From: an uncultured Bacteroidota bacterium
GTDB taxonomy: Bacteria > Bacteroidota > Bacteroidia > Flavobacteriales > Flavobacteriaceae
NCBI GenBank assembly: GCA_902554655.1
Contig: CACDPE010000003.1
Location: 2,124 to 66,123, forward strand
Reading direction: 5' to 3'
DNA length: 64,000 bases
Made by a program: the position numbers and the translations under genes
Notes under the pieces: model-generated
What the model saw: only the letters and a program-made list of their open reading frames with translations
Told to the model about the DNA's origin: nothing
Database searches by the model: none
Shown here: piece by piece, positions 9,161 through 16,574 of the stretch
Layout of the letters: each line of letters opens with the position of its first letter
How positions within the stretch are numbered: the first letter of the stretch is position 1

Positions 9161-10551
9161 TTTAATTCTGCTTTTTCAATTGATTTCATTAATGCTCTAA
9201 CTTTATTGTATACTTCATTTAATTCATTTTTTGGGACAGATTTCGAGACTACTCCAGCACCAGCTTGAAAATACAATGATCGGTTTTTTGATAAAAATGA
9301 TCTTATAATAATTGCATGGTTGAAATTTCCCTCAATGTCAATCATTCCAATTGCTCCACCATAGAATTGTCTTTTTGATGTCTCATAGTGATTTATTAAT
9401 TCCATTGCTTTATACTTAGGTGCACCAGTTAAAGTTCCGGCTGGAAATGTATTACCAATTATTTCTTTAGATTTTGATTTAAGATTTCCAGTTACTTTTG
9501 ACACCAAATGAATTACGTGAGAGTAAAACTGAATTTCTCTATCTTTTTCTACAACAACATCTTTACATGATCTACTTAAATCATTTCTTGCAAGATCCAC
9601 AAGCATCATATGTTCACTATTTTCCTTATCATCTTTTAATAGTTCCCTAGCTTTTTGTCTATCATAATTATCATCACCTGTTCTCTTAAATGTGCCTGCA
9701 ATAGGATGAATTTCTGCCTTTTGATTATTAATAACTAATTGTGCTTCAGGAGAACTCCCAAAGATTTTAAATTTACCATAGTCAAAATAAAATAGATATG
9801 GTGAGGGATTTATAGATCTTAGGTTTCTGTAAACATTAAAATCATCACCTTTAAAGGATTGTACAAATTTTCTTGACAAAACTATTTGAAATACATCTCC
9901 TCGCATGCAATGTGAAATACCATTTTTTACCAATTTTATAAATTCATTATCTGTTAAATTAGATTTAATATCACCAATTTTTTTAAAATTGAATATAGAA
10001 ATAGCTTTATTAAATATTAATTTTTCAATTTTATTTATCTCATCATTATCATTTGAAAAAGAAATAATTGTTGAATGATTATTAAAAGTATTTACAACAA
10101 TAATATTTTCATATAAACAATATAGCATTTCAGGAATACTGTCTCCATAATTTTCATTTGTAAGTTTGATATTTTCAAAATAGTTGATTGAATCATAACT
10201 CATGTACCCATAAACTCCTTTACTCTGGAATTTATCATTTTTAAATTCAGTGGAAAATTCAAAGGAACCAATAAATTTATTAAGTTTTTCTAAAACCGAT
10301 GCATTATCATTAATTTGTTCTGTGATAGATTCTTTATCAGGATATTTTGTTTTAATATGATTATTTTCTACCTGAAATTTTGCTAAAGGTTTGAAGCATA
10401 TATAAGCGTAACTATTATCTTTTGAGCTGTAATCACTGCTTTCTAGTAATATAGAATTTGCATAGTTATCTCTTATCTTTAAATAGATACTTACAGGTGT
10501 TAGTGTATCTGTAATTACTTCTTTTCTATTTTCTTTTAATTTAAACTTCAT
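9157..10551 (-). CDS. trpE: Anthranilate synthase component I
   Basis: Chorismate-binding motifs: SPSPYLFYFD, GTLTGAPKYKAMELI, FYGGAIG. I place the start at the ATG at 10551 (MKFKLKE..). The TTG-extended ORF-track start at 10581 runs through the terminator hairpin. Confidence 0.93.
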   Translation of the reverse strand: MKFKLKENRKEVITDTLTPVSIYLKIRDNYANSILLESSDYSSKDNSYAYICFKPLAKFQVENNHIKTKYPDKESITEQINDNASVLEKLNKFIGSFEFSTEFKNDKFQSKGVYGYMSYDSINYFENIKLTNENYGDSIPEMLYCLYENIIVVNTFNNHSTIISFSNDNDEINKIEKLIFNKAISIFNFKKIGDIKSNLTDNEFIKLVKNGISHCMRGDVFQIVLSRKFVQSFKGDDFNVYRNLRSINPSPYLFYFDYGKFKIFGSSPEAQLVINNQKAEIHPIAGTFKRTGDDNYDRQKARELLKDDKENSEHMMLVDLARNDLSRSCKDVVVEKDREIQFYSHVIHLVSKVTGNLKSKSKEIIGNTFPAGTLTGAPKYKAMELINHYETSKRQFYGGAIGMIDIEGNFNHAIIIRSFLSKNRSLYFQAGAGVVSKSVPKNELNEVYNKVRALMKSIEKAELK

Positions 10552-10553
10552 AC

Positions 10554-10586
10554 AATAAAAAAAGGCTTGTCGCAATGACAAGCCTT
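10554..10586 (-). terminator. Intrinsic terminator (trp attenuator) ending 2 nt upstream of the trpE ATG
   Basis: Minus strand: AAGGCTTGTC-ATTGC-GACAAGCCTT, then TTTTTATTGT and the ATG. The stem is a perfect 10 bp (10562..10571 / 10577..10586), and the T-run totals 7 T including 2 in the stem. Confidence 0.8.
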
Positions 10587-10607
10587 AAATATTTTAAAAT
10601 CTTAAAC

Positions 10608-10667
10608 TTATAGCGACAGGAGCCTAATCTTTAATATGTGCCACCAAAATTTAAAATGGTTATTCAT
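10608..10667 (-). CDS. trpL: trp operon leader peptide, 19 aa, MNNHFKFWWHILKIRLLSL, with tandem Trp codons
   Basis: Hand translation of the minus strand: ATG at 10667, TGG TGG at 10646..10641, TAA at 10610..10608. It lies between a TATATTTG -7 box and the terminator. It is too short to appear in the ORF track. Confidence 0.7.
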   Translation of the reverse strand: MNNHFKFWWHILKIRLLSL

Positions 10668-10671
10668 ATCT

Positions 10672-10679
10672 CAAATATA
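10672..10679 (-). promoter_or_regulatory. Bacteroidota -7 promoter box TATATTTG for the trp leader/operon
   Basis: Exact match to TAnnTTTG, with only 4 nt between the box and the leader-peptide ATG. No clear -33 TTTG; a T9 run lies upstream. Confidence 0.5.
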
Positions 10680-10750
10680 GAAACTTTTTTTAAAAAAAAA
10701 CCACAGAAAAAAGTTTAAATACTTAATTTAACAGATTTAATTTTAAAATA

Positions 10751-11068
10751 ATGAATTTGAATGTCCAAGATTGGAAAACAAACAAAGAGTTATGCTCAAA
10801 AAATATATGTCTAGATGTAAGAACTCTTGAGGAATTTAATGAAGGATATATTGATAATTCCATAAATATAGATTTTTATAAATCAATGGAATTTATGAAG
10901 TTTTTAGAAAAAAGTTCAAAGGAGGAAAATTATTATGTTTATTGCAGATCAGGTAAAAGAAGTTATGCAGCATGTGAGATAATGAAAGAATTTGGTTTTA
11001 ACAATGTCTTTAATCTTGATGGTGGTTTTTTAAAATGGGTTGAATGTGGCTTTGAAGTAAATGAATAG
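10751..11068 (+). CDS. Rhodanese-like domain protein (sulfurtransferase)
   Basis: 105 aa with active-site loop YCRSGKRS (CxxxxR[ST]). Confidence 0.8.
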   Translation: MNLNVQDWKTNKELCSKNICLDVRTLEEFNEGYIDNSINIDFYKSMEFMKFLEKSSKEENYYVYCRSGKRSYAACEIMKEFGFNNVFNLDGGFLKWVECGFEVNE

Positions 11069-11279
11069 GTTAAGATATAGTTTAGAAAAATATGGCTTCA
11101 GAGTTTGCTCAAGATTAGCAGATTTTTTAGGAATAAAATCAAAGCACGTTAGACTAGCCTTTATTTATAGTAGTTTTTTTGGTCTTGGAATCGGATTTTT
11201 TATATATCTAGTTCTAGCTTTTTGGATGAGACTTAAAGATATAGTATATTCGAAAAGATCTTCAGTTTTTGATTTATGA
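11061..11279 (+). CDS. PspC-domain small membrane protein
   Basis: 72 aa. G(F)RVCSRLADFLGIKSKHVRLAFI followed by one TM helix, the typical PspC-domain layout. Confidence 0.65.
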   Translation: MNRLRYSLEKYGFRVCSRLADFLGIKSKHVRLAFIYSSFFGLGIGFFIYLVLAFWMRLKDIVYSKRSSVFDL

Positions 11280-11301
11280 TCATTTAATCAAATTATTATT
11301 T

Positions 11302-12831
11302 ATGAAAAAAATATTTCTCCTAAGTTTTTTTAGTCTTCTAACATTACCTGTTTTTTCACAGGAAAAAGGTTTAGACCAAAGAATTGATGAGGCATTTAAG
11401 CCAATTTCAGATTTTTTTACTGAATTGGTTTTTTTTCCGATCGGAGATAACCCTTTTGTGATATACCTCCTTGTTGGTAGTGCATTATTTTTTACCTTAT
11501 ATTTTGGTTTTCCAAACATTAAATATTTTTTGATTTCAATCAATGTTGTTAGAGGAAAGTATGATGATATTGAAAAAGAGAATAACAAAACTGATGATGG
11601 TGAGGTTTCGCATTTTCAAGCTTTGGCAACTGCTGTTTCTGGAACTGTTGGAAATGGTAATATAGCTGGTGTTGCACTAGCAATTGCTCTAGGTGGTCCG
11701 GGAGCTACATTTTGGATGATTATTTGTGGCTTACTTGGAATGTCAACAAAATTTGTCGAGTGTACGTTAGGCGTTTACTACAGAGATGTAGATAAAAATG
11801 GAATAGTTTATGGTGGACCAATGTATTATTTAAAAAAGGGTTTGAAAGAGAGAGGCTTTGAAATTTTAGGAAAGATTTCTGCAGTTATTTTTGCTGTTTG
11901 TTGTATTGGTGGTTCATTTGGTGGAGGTAACGCTGCTCAATCAAACACAGCAACACTAGCAATAAAACAATTAATTGGTCTTGAAAGTACTAGTGCGGGA
12001 GCTTTCATAGGTCTTGTTATGGCAATTATTGTTGGTTTGATAATAATTGGCGGAATAAAAAGAATTGCATCTGTAACTGAAAAAGTTGTGCCATTTATGG
12101 CTGTACTTTACATAATTGCATGTATTTATATTATTTCAATTAATTTCTCTCTTATTGATGATGCAATTTCGTTAATAATTACGGAAGCATTTAATCCTAC
12201 TGCAATTGGAGTTGGAGGTGTAATTGGAGTATTAATGGTTGGGTTTAGAAGAGCAGCATTTTCTAATGAAGCTGGAGCTGGCTCAGCTTCAATAGCACAT
12301 TCTGCAGTAAAAACTAAGTATGCGGCATCTGAAGGTCTTGTTGCATTATTAGAACCATTTATTGATACTGTCGTAATATGTACGATGACTGCTCTAGTAA
12401 TAATTATTTTTAATTTCGGTGGATATTTTGATTATGGTGGGGATGGCTTAGGAAGTATATTTATACAAGGTGAGGCATTTGAAGGTCCTGAAATAACAGC
12501 TAGAGCTTTTGCAGAATATATTCCTTATTCTGATGTGTTTTTAACTACAGCAATTGTATTGTTTGCTGTTTCAACTATGATTTCGTGGTCTTACTATGGA
12601 ATTCAGTCTTGGAAGTTTTTATTTGGTAGAGGGAAAATTGCAGATTTAGCCTACAAGTTAACTTTTTTAACTTTTATTATTATAGGTTCAGCAGCAAGCA
12701 TGAAATCTATTTGGGCTTTTTCTGATGCTATGATTTTTGCAATGGTATTTCCAAACATGATTGGTTTATTCTTTTTATTTCCAATTGTAAAAGAGCAATT
12801 AAAAAAATATTTAAACGTTATTAATAAATAA
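11302..12831 (+). CDS. Alanine/glycine:cation symporter (AGCS family)
   Basis: About 509 aa from MKKIFLL... Motifs: SHFQALATAVSGTVGNGNIAGVALAI, GGPGATFWM, FSNEAGAGSASIAHSA. The ORF-track start at 11269 is probably too far upstream. Confidence 0.9.
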   Translation: MKKIFLLSFFSLLTLPVFSQEKGLDQRIDEAFKPISDFFTELVFFPIGDNPFVIYLLVGSALFFTLYFGFPNIKYFLISINVVRGKYDDIEKENNKTDDGEVSHFQALATAVSGTVGNGNIAGVALAIALGGPGATFWMIICGLLGMSTKFVECTLGVYYRDVDKNGIVYGGPMYYLKKGLKERGFEILGKISAVIFAVCCIGGSFGGGNAAQSNTATLAIKQLIGLESTSAGAFIGLVMAIIVGLIIIGGIKRIASVTEKVVPFMAVLYIIACIYIISINFSLIDDAISLIITEAFNPTAIGVGGVIGVLMVGFRRAAFSNEAGAGSASIAHSAVKTKYAASEGLVALLEPFIDTVVICTMTALVIIIFNFGGYFDYGGDGLGSIFIQGEAFEGPEITARAFAEYIPYSDVFLTTAIVLFAVSTMISWSYYGIQSWKFLFGRGKIADLAYKLTFLTFIIIGSAASMKSIWAFSDAMIFAMVFPNMIGLFFLFPIVKEQLKKYLNVINK

Positions 12832-12854
12832 GAATTTGGCATTTTTTTTGTTTT

Positions 12855-14030
12855 ATGAAGAATATGAATAATAACCAAACCAAAATAAACCATAATTATA
12901 ATGAAGATTCAATTAGCTTGGTTAAAGAAAGTGCTAAGGACTTTTCTCTTCAATATATTCAACCTTATGTAATGGACTGGGACGAAAACCAACATTTTCC
13001 TAAAGAAGTTTTACACAAAGCGGGTGAGTATGGTTTTATGGGTATGCTAGTACCAGAAAATTACGGTGGCTCTGGACTGGGATATCACGAATATGTAAGT
13101 TCAATTGTGGAAATATCAAAAATTGATCCTTCCATTGGTTTATCAATTGCTGCACATAATTCACTTTGTACAAATCATATTTTTAAATTTGGAAATGAAG
13201 AACAAAGAAATAAATGGCTCCCAGGATTATCATCTGGAAAATATATCGGTGCATGGGGTTTGACAGAACCAAACACTGGATCAGATGCAAGTAAAATGGC
13301 ATCAACTGCTGTTAAAAAAGGAAATAAGTGGGTTTTAAATGGTACAAAAAACTTTATAACCCATGGTAAATCTGGTGACATAGCGGTTGTAATTTTAAGG
13401 ACAGGCCCAGTAGGAGAAAAAAATAACACCACAGCTTTCGTTATTGAAAGAGGAAGTCGAGGATTTGAATCTGGTAAGAAGGAAAATAAACTTGGAATGA
13501 GAGCATCAGAAACAGCAGAAATGATTTTTCAAGATTGCATAATAGATGATTCTAACAGATTAGGTGAAGTTGGTTCCGGTTTCAAACAATCGATGAGAAT
13601 TCTTGACGGCGGAAGAATCTCAATTGCTGCTCTTTCATTAGGTATCGCAAAAGGTGCCTACGAAGCAGCGCTAAAATATTCAAATGAAAGAATTCAATTT
13701 GGAAAACCTATAAGTTCATTTCAAGCTATATCATTTAAACTCGCTGAAATGGCAACTGAAATTGAAGCAGCTGATTTACTCATTCGAAGTGCCTCTGACA
13801 AAATAAATAACTCAAAGTCTGTTACACTTGAAAGTGCCATGTGTAAACTATTTTCATCTGAATTATGTGTTAAAGTATCAAATGATGCAGTTCAAATTTT
13901 TGGAGGTTATGGATATATCAAGGATTTTCCTGTTGAAAAATATCTCAGAGATTCAAAACTATGTACCATTGGTGAGGGGACTAGTGAAATCCAAAAACTT
14001 GTAATTTCAAGAAAAATATTATCTAAATAA
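12855..14030 (+). CDS. Acyl-CoA dehydrogenase
   Basis: 391 aa with GAWGLTEPNTGSDAS, QIFGGYGY and IGEGTSEIQ motifs. Confidence 0.9.
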   Translation: MKNMNNNQTKINHNYNEDSISLVKESAKDFSLQYIQPYVMDWDENQHFPKEVLHKAGEYGFMGMLVPENYGGSGLGYHEYVSSIVEISKIDPSIGLSIAAHNSLCTNHIFKFGNEEQRNKWLPGLSSGKYIGAWGLTEPNTGSDASKMASTAVKKGNKWVLNGTKNFITHGKSGDIAVVILRTGPVGEKNNTTAFVIERGSRGFESGKKENKLGMRASETAEMIFQDCIIDDSNRLGEVGSGFKQSMRILDGGRISIAALSLGIAKGAYEAALKYSNERIQFGKPISSFQAISFKLAEMATEIEAADLLIRSASDKINNSKSVTLESAMCKLFSSELCVKVSNDAVQIFGGYGYIKDFPVEKYLRDSKLCTIGEGTSEIQKLVISRKILSK

Positions 14031-14052
14031 TTTTTTTTTTCATTTTTATTTA

Positions 14053-14060
14053 TAGTTTTG
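14053..14060 (+). promoter_or_regulatory. Candidate -7 promoter box TAGTTTTG upstream of rpsU
   Basis: Matches TAnnTTTG, 19 nt upstream of the rpsU ATG. Confidence 0.4.
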
Positions 14061-14079
14061 CCATTCAAAATTAAACCAA

Positions 14080-14274
14080 ATGTTAATCATTCCTGTTAAA
14101 GAGGGAGAAAGTATAGACAAAGCCCTAAAAAGGTTTAAAAGAAAGTTTGATAAAACTGGTGCCCTTAAATCATTAAGAGAAAGACAAGCTTACACAAAAC
14201 CCTCTGTTAAAAACAGAAATAAATTTATCAAGGCAGCTCACATCCAAAAGCTAAGAGATAAAGAGAACCAATAA
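14080..14274 (+). CDS. rpsU: 30S ribosomal protein S21
   Basis: 64 aa: MLIIPVKEGESIDKALKRFKRKFDKTGALKSLRERQAYTKPS.. Confidence 0.95.
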   Translation: MLIIPVKEGESIDKALKRFKRKFDKTGALKSLRERQAYTKPSVKNRNKFIKAAHIQKLRDKENQ

Positions 14275-14304
14275 AAAAACTAAATTTGTTTAGATAATAT
14301 TGTT

Positions 14305-15174
14305 ATGTATCTAAATGACTTTAAAAACTATATTGAATTAGAAAAAAAATATTCTAAAAATACAGTCGTTGCTTACATAAAAGATTTGGTTGAGTTCCAA
14401 AATTTTCTTCAATCATTTAATGTTTTTTTAAATGATAAATTAGACTATTTCTATATTAGGAAATGGATTATAAAACTATCAGAGAACGGTTTATCTAAAA
14501 GATCAATTAATAGAAAAATTACTTCTCTAAAATCATACTTTAATTTTTTAATTTCTATTAATAAATTAAAAAAATCTCCTCTAAAAGCTCACAAAAATTT
14601 AAAAATTGAACAAAAAGTTATAGTTCCTTTTAATGAAAAAGAATTAGATAAAGTTTTTAAAATTTTTAATAAAAACAATTCTAGTAAAAACTATCGGGAT
14701 TTTTTATTAATTGAAATCCTATATTCAACAGGTTTACGTCGTGATGAAATTATAAATTTAAAATGTAAAAATATTTTTTTCGATAAAGGGTTGATTAAAG
14801 TTCTAGGTAAAAGAAATAAAGAGAGATTAGTTCCTGTGCTCCCCTCTTTACTAAATAAAATGAAAATTTACATGAAGAAAAATCCAACTAATATTTATTT
14901 TTTTCAATCAAAAAATGGAAATATAATAAGTCCATCAACAGTTTATAGAATTGTAAAGAAATATTTTAGTTCCATATCAACCAAAAATAAAATTAGCCCA
15001 CATGTTCTGAGACATTCTTTTGCTACCCATTTAATAAATAATGGTGCGGATATTAATGCTGTTAAAGAAATTTTAGGCCATTCTTCTTTGGCTTCTACTC
15101 AAATATATGCTAAAATTAAGATTCCCAAGATGTTAAATGATTATATGTTAAATCATCCGAGAGAAAAGACCTAA
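14305..15174 (+). CDS. Tyrosine recombinase, XerC/XerD-like
   Basis: 289 aa. N-terminal SAM-like domain (YIELEKKYSKNTVVAYIKDL). Catalytic residues: TGLRRDE, HVLRHSFATH, LGHSSLASTQIY. Confidence 0.8.
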   Translation: MYLNDFKNYIELEKKYSKNTVVAYIKDLVEFQNFLQSFNVFLNDKLDYFYIRKWIIKLSENGLSKRSINRKITSLKSYFNFLISINKLKKSPLKAHKNLKIEQKVIVPFNEKELDKVFKIFNKNNSSKNYRDFLLIEILYSTGLRRDEIINLKCKNIFFDKGLIKVLGKRNKERLVPVLPSLLNKMKIYMKKNPTNIYFFQSKNGNIISPSTVYRIVKKYFSSISTKNKISPHVLRHSFATHLINNGADINAVKEILGHSSLASTQIYAKIKIPKMLNDYMLNHPREKT

Positions 15175-15214
15175 AATAAAATCTATATTTTTTTTTTAGA
15201 AAAAAATAAATAAA

Positions 15215-15222
15215 TACATTTG
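15215..15222 (+). promoter_or_regulatory. -7 promoter box TACATTTG for the tRNA cluster, followed by GC-rich CGATCGC
   Basis: Exact TAnnTTTG match, ending 14 nt before tRNA-Thr position 1. Confidence 0.5.
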
Positions 15223-15236
15223 CGATCGCTAAAATT

Positions 15237-15310
15237 GCCGATGTAGCTCAGCTGGCTAGAGCAGCTGATTTGTAATCAGCAGGTCGTGGGTTCGAGTCCC
15301 TCCATCGGCT
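15237..15310 (+). tRNA. tRNA-Thr (anticodon TGT)
   Basis: Hand-folded cloverleaf: acceptor GCCGATG/CATCGGC, anticodon stem GCTGA/TCAGC, loop TTTGTAA, T-loop TTCGAGT. There is one U-U mismatch in the T stem. Confidence 0.85.
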
Positions 15311-15319
15311 CAAATTTTA

Positions 15320-15402
15320 GGGGAGATACTCAAGCGGCCAACGAGGACAGACTGTAAATCTGTTGGTTTATACCTTCGCAGGTTCGAATCCTGCTCTCCC
15401 CA
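15320..15402 (+). tRNA. tRNA-Tyr (anticodon GTA), class II with a long variable arm
   Basis: Acceptor GGGGAGA/TCTCCCC, anticodon stem ACAGA/TCTGT, loop CTGTAAA, T arm GCAGG-TTCGAAT-CCTGC. Confidence 0.9.
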
Positions 15403-15413
15403 CAAAACTATCA

Positions 15414-15486
15414 GCGGGAGTAGCTCAGCTGGTAGAGCGTCAGCCTTCCAAGCTGAATGTCGCCGGTTCGAACCCGGTCTCCCGCT
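15414..15486 (+). tRNA. tRNA-Gly (anticodon TCC)
   Basis: Acceptor GCGGGAG/CTCCCGC, anticodon stem TCAGC/GCTGA, loop CTTCCAA, T-loop TTCGAAC. Confidence 0.9.
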
Positions 15487-15496
15487 CAAAGTTCAA

Positions 15497-15568
15497 GCCG
15501 ATGTAGCTCAGTGGTAGAGCGTTTCCTTGGTAAGGAAGAGGTCGGCAGTTCAACTCTGCTCATTGGCT
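15497..15568 (+). tRNA. tRNA-Thr (anticodon GGT)
   Basis: Acceptor GCCGATG/CATTGGC (one G-U pair), anticodon stem TTTCC/GGAAG, loop TTGGTAA, T arm GGCAG-TTCAACT-CTGCT. Confidence 0.88.
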
Positions 15569-15646
15569 CAATATTTATTAAACCAATTATATCATTTTAG
15601 TTAATTGCTTTCAGAAATGTTATGATAACCTTTATTGTAATTAATT

Positions 15647-16228
15647 TTATCCTTCTTTTAAGTCTTTTTCAATATCTTTTTCAACAGTTTTGAGATATTT
15701 ATACCTCTTTTTTTCAGAAACGAAAGGAACTGACCAGAATTGTTTTGTTTTCGTAAAGAGAGAAATTCTCCAACCAAAAACGAAAGTATAAACCCCCATT
15801 ACAAGTCTTAATTTAACTGAATTAACATATAGAGTTAATACAGGAAGTGCAGGAGCTCCGTGTGTTATGTATGTTCTTATTTTTTTTTTTGAAAGGAATG
15901 GAACAGGATAGGCATATGTTTTTGTTATATTTTGGAATTTGTAAGCAAAACCAGGTGTGAAAACTTCATCAAAAAAAACTTCTAACCTTGGTGTTAATCT
16001 AAACCACCAAACAGGAGAGATTATATACATTCGATCAGCCCAAGAAACAAGATCTTGATAGCTTTTGATAAGTTTTGTTCGAGGTCTCATGTAGCTATCT
16101 CTGTATAAATCAATAATTTTTAGTGACTGATTTTTTGAAGAGTTTATTTTCGAAACAATAGTTTTAAAAATCCCATCGTAACAAAATGAATTTTTGTCTG
16201 GATGCCCAATAATTATTAAATTATTCAT
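15647..16228 (-). CDS. NAD(P)H-dependent oxidoreductase, flavodoxin-like fold (Flavodoxin_2/NQO type)
   Basis: 193 aa. N-terminus MNNLIIIGHPDKNSF.. and ..WADRMYIISPVWWF.. are typical of the family. Confidence 0.65.
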   Translation of the reverse strand: MNNLIIIGHPDKNSFCYDGIFKTIVSKINSSKNQSLKIIDLYRDSYMRPRTKLIKSYQDLVSWADRMYIISPVWWFRLTPRLEVFFDEVFTPGFAYKFQNITKTYAYPVPFLSKKKIRTYITHGAPALPVLTLYVNSVKLRLVMGVYTFVFGWRISLFTKTKQFWSVPFVSEKKRYKYLKTVEKDIEKDLKEG

Positions 16229-16290
16229 ACCATATCAAATCAAAGCATATGCCAAATAATCAATTGCACGATTTTTGAAATATATTAATC

Positions 16291-16473
16291 ATGAAAAATT
16301 TTTTCTTAAATTATTATCCAATAATTCTCGCTTTTATTTCATTTTTGCTTTCAGTTAGTCTATGGTTTAGTGGAAACAAATTAGAGGGGATTTTTGTTGG
16401 TATTTGGGTTCCGTCAATTTTATCATTTTCTATTGCAATTAGGCAAAGAAGAAAAGATTTAAACAATAATTAA
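16291..16473 (+). CDS. Hypothetical small membrane protein (two predicted TM helices)
   Basis: 60-aa ORF with two hydrophobic segments and a basic C-terminus (RQRRKDLNNN). No recognisable family. Confidence 0.35.
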   Translation: MKNFFLNYYPIILAFISFLLSVSLWFSGNKLEGIFVGIWVPSILSFSIAIRQRRKDLNNN

Positions 16474-16574
16474 TATGGATCTGCTTCTTTTCATTTCAGG
16501 TACATTTATATTTGTTTGTTATCTTTTATGTTTAATCTATGTAATTAATAGTCAAAACAAAATTCAAGAGAAAA

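Noticed and set aside
10552-10581. TTG-initiated N-terminal extension of trpE (MSLRQAFFYC..) given in the ORF track
   Set aside because: The extension is the translation of the terminator hairpin and its T-run. The conserved-looking TrpE N-terminus starts at the ATG at 10551.
10562-10625. Distal segment AGGCTCCTGTCGC pairing with the terminator 3' arm, considered as the antiterminator
   Set aside because: That pairing keeps the same 3' arm and T-tract, so it would still be a terminator-like helix. It cannot by itself explain read-through. It is kept only as an unexplained observation in the findings.
14098-14112. Shine-Dalgarno-like AAAGAGGGAGAAAG near the rpsU start
   Set aside because: It lies inside the coding region (codons KEGES of the conserved S21 N-terminus), not upstream of a start codon. 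There is no evidence that it is a regulatory SD element.
14305-15568. Tyrosine recombinase next to four tRNA genes, considered as an integrative mobile element
   Set aside because: The recombinase is small (289 aa) and Xer-like, and it follows rpsU directly in what I recall as a conserved housekeeping arrangement. It lies upstream of the tRNAs, not at an islet border. There are no flanking direct repeats, excisionase genes or cargo genes.
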